A DNA stretch of 64,000 nt from positions 1,568,001 through 1,632,000 of the forward strand of contig CAVWCF010000001.1 of assembly GCA_963753435.1 (NCBI GenBank). Direction: 5' to 3'. This DNA comes from an uncultured Actinomycetota bacterium. Its GTDB lineage: Bacteria; Actinomycetota; Actinomycetes; CAVWCF01. The position numbers and the translations under genes were made by a program. Under the pieces are notes generated by a model, which was given only the letters and a program-made list of their open reading frames with translations, was not told the origin of the DNA and did no database searches. Each line of letters starts with the position of its first letter. Position 1 is the first letter of the stretch. Positions 62,036-64,000 of the stretch are shown piece after piece.

Positions 62036-62635
62036 ATGAGTCCGGGACAGCACCGTGCCGGTGCACAGGTTGAGGGCGCCGAGGTCGAAACCGAGACCCG
62101 CGACCGGTCCTGGGTGCCGTCAATCCTGCTGGGCGCGGTCGTAGCGGTACTAGTGGGCGTGGGGCTGCTCGGCTGGCTCAACAACGGCACCGACGATGTT
62201 GCCGCGACACCGGTCACGACCCCGACGCCGGTGGCCCAGCCCACGCCGACCCCTACTCCTACTCCGACGCCGACCCCGAGCCCAACTCCCACGGCGACCC
62301 CGAGCCCCACGGCTACTGCCACCCCCACGCCGACGCCGTCGGCCAGCCGCATTCCGCCGGCGCAGGCGCCGCAGATCGCGGTACTGAACCAGTCCGGCGT
62401 GGCCGGCGAGGCGGCCCGAGTGGCGGCGGAGTTGGACAACCTCGGCTACAGCGTGACGGGCGTCGGCAACTGGCGTGGCAACGTGCCGGCAACCACCGTC
62501 TACTACCCGCCGGGCGAGGAAGCAGCGGCGGCTCAGGTCGCTGCCGACCTCGGCGTGAGCCGCACCAGGGAGCGCGTGGACCCGATGCGCCAGGACGCGC
62601 TGACGGTCATCATCACTGCCGCGCTCGACCTCTGA
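62036..62635 (+). CDS. LytR C-terminal domain membrane protein with PT linker
   Basis: TM helix, (PT)n repeat, VLNQSGVAGEA..GNW..TTVYY. Confidence 0.85.
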   Translation: MSPGQHRAGAQVEGAEVETETRDRSWVPSILLGAVVAVLVGVGLLGWLNNGTDDVAATPVTTPTPVAQPTPTPTPTPTPTPSPTPTATPSPTATATPTPTPSASRIPPAQAPQIAVLNQSGVAGEAARVAAELDNLGYSVTGVGNWRGNVPATTVYYPPGEEAAAAQVAADLGVSRTRERVDPMRQDALTVIITAALDL

Positions 62636-62706
62636 TTCGCGCTCATCCCCGGGGCCGGTTCGGCCTGCCGCTCGACTGAAGTACTCTTCGGCCCCACAAC
62701 CGAATA

Positions 62707-62830
62707 CTCATCAAGAGGGGCAGAGGGAACCGGCCCGGTGAAGCCCCGGCAACCACCCAGGAGTCATCGCATCGCGAGGCCGCCTGTGGCGAAGGTGCCA
62801 AGTCCGGCCCCCGACTCGGGGAAAGATGAG
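62707..62830 (+). ncRNA. SAM-I (S-box) riboswitch
   Basis: ctcatc-aagag...gaggga..ggccc..tgaagcc..gcaacc...ggtgccaa.tcc...aaagatgag; P1 ctcatc/gatgag abuts the RBS. Confidence 0.88.
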
Positions 62831-62843
62831 GAGGAGCCTCGCC

Positions 62844-64000
62844 TTGACCACCACCCTCGAAACCACCGCTGTTGGCGCCTTTGGGCCTGCGGTCGGCCTG
62901 GTCTGTCGCGAATGCGGTAGCCCGGCCGGACTCGGCCTCCACTACGCGTGCCTGGAATGCTTCGGCCCGCTGGAGGTCGCCTACGACTTCGGCGCCGTTA
63001 CCCGCGAGCAGATCGAAGCCGGGCCTAACTCGATCTGGCGCTACGCCCCCTTGCTGCCGGTCCCGGCCGATTCAGCAGTTGCGCCGAACCTCCATCCGGG
63101 GCGTACCCAGCTGGTGCGCGCCGACAACCTGGCTGCTGAGCTGGGGATGCGTTCGCTCTGGGTAAAGGACGACTCGGGTAACCCCACCCACTCGTTCAAG
63201 GACCGCGTGGTCGCGGTCGCGCTGGCCGCCGGCCGTGCGCTGGGGGTGCGCACGGTGGCCTGCGCCTCCACGGGCAACCTGGCCAACGCAGTCGCCGCCG
63301 CCGCCGCCCGCGCCGGGTTGAAATCAGTGGTGTTCATCCCGTCCGACCTGGAGGCCGGCAAGGTCGTCACCACCGCCGTCTACGGCGGCACTCTGGTCGC
63401 AGTCGACGGCAGCTACGACGACGTCAACCGGTTGTGCAGCGAGGTGGCCGGGGAAACCGACTGGGGCTTCGTCAACGTGAACCTGCGCCCCTACTACGCC
63501 GAAGGTTCCAAGACCGTCGGCTACGAGGTCGCCGAGCAACTCGGGTGGCGACTGCCGCAGCAGGTAGTTGTCCCCATCGCGTCCGGCTCGCTGCTCACCA
63601 AGGTCGACAAGTCCTGGCGTGAGTTGGTCTCGCTCGGTCTGGTCGAGGACGCCCCGTACCGGGTCTTCGGCGCACAGGCGACTGGTTGCTCGCCGGTTTC
63701 GAAGGCGTTCGCTGCCGGGCACGACGTCGTGCAGCCAGTGCGGCCGGCGACGATCGCCAAGTCGTTGGCGATCGGCAACCCGGCCGACGGTCCGTACGCC
63801 CTGGACTCGGTGCGGCGCACCGGCGGCGCCATCGCCGACGTCAGCGATGACGAGGTAGTGGAAGGGATCCGCCTGCTGGCCCGCACCGAAGGCATCTTCG
63901 GTGAGACCGCCGGCGGGGTCACGGTGGCGACGCTGCGCCGCCTCCTGGCCGACGGGTTGCTGGATCCGGAGGCGGAGACCGTCATCCTGAACACCGGGGA
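62844..64000 (+). CDS. thrC: Threonine synthase-like PLP enzyme, 3' end beyond window edge
   Basis: Hand translation from TTG 62844: CRECG..CLECFGPL, NPTHSFKDR, CASTGN, EGSKT and IFGETAGG. Confidence 0.88.
   Translation, partial: MTTTLETTAVGAFGPAVGLVCRECGSPAGLGLHYACLECFGPLEVAYDFGAVTREQIEAGPNSIWRYAPLLPVPADSAVAPNLHPGRTQLVRADNLAAELGMRSLWVKDDSGNPTHSFKDRVVAVALAAGRALGVRTVACASTGNLANAVAAAAARAGLKSVVFIPSDLEAGKVVTTAVYGGTLVAVDGSYDDVNRLCSEVAGETDWGFVNVNLRPYYAEGSKTVGYEVAEQLGWRLPQQVVVPIASGSLLTKVDKSWRELVSLGLVEDAPYRVFGAQATGCSPVSKAFAAGHDVVQPVRPATIAKSLAIGNPADGPYALDSVRRTGGAIADVSDDEVVEGIRLLARTEGIFGETAGGVTVATLRRLLADGLLDPEAETVILNTG

Noticed and set aside
62210-62340. Short-period repeats that might be a VNTR or CRISPR
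   Set aside because: Coding Pro-Thr linker of the LytR_C protein; no repeat-spacer structure or cas genes in the window.

Overview
High-GC actinobacterial chromosome segment. Left 18 kb (1-18030): an accessory, IclR-controlled catabolic cluster. Its most striking part is a three-gene operon encoding a red chlorophyll catabolite reductase (RCCR)/ferredoxin-dependent bilin reductase homologue, a GHSxGG alpha/beta hydrolase resembling chlorophyllase, and a Rieske non-heme iron oxygenase (truncated at the window edge). A shared TTCCG-N5-CGGAA operator links it to a long same-strand gene run: flavin reductase fusion, acyl-CoA dehydrogenase-like flavoprotein, lipocalin-like barrel, two aldehyde dehydrogenases, family III CoA-transferase, Cys-less maleate isomerase/racemase-fold protein, MFS transporter, HMG-CoA/citramalyl-CoA lyase and a tandem C-N hydrolase. 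This is a candidate bacterial tetrapyrrole (chlorophyll catabolite/bilin) degradation system; the substrate is inferred, not shown. The rest is mostly conserved actinobacterial backbone: pstSCAB, mutT1, CYTH-CHAD, ppk1, mshD, glnR, a Cys-rich leader peptide plus sulfurtransferase operon, nitrobindin-fur-ygfZ, dtd, a 934-aa DUF4388/coiled-coil protein divergent from rsiG, mshA, gpmA, phoU-senX3-regX3, carD-ispD-ispF, cysS-rlmB, an arginine deiminase operon, rocD, tRNA-Thr(TGT), a CsoR-box-preceded Cys-rich peptide and a SAM-I riboswitch ahead of a thrC-like gene. Three genes carry single-base frameshifts that look like sequencing errors. All family calls come from motif recognition by eye; no database searches were run.
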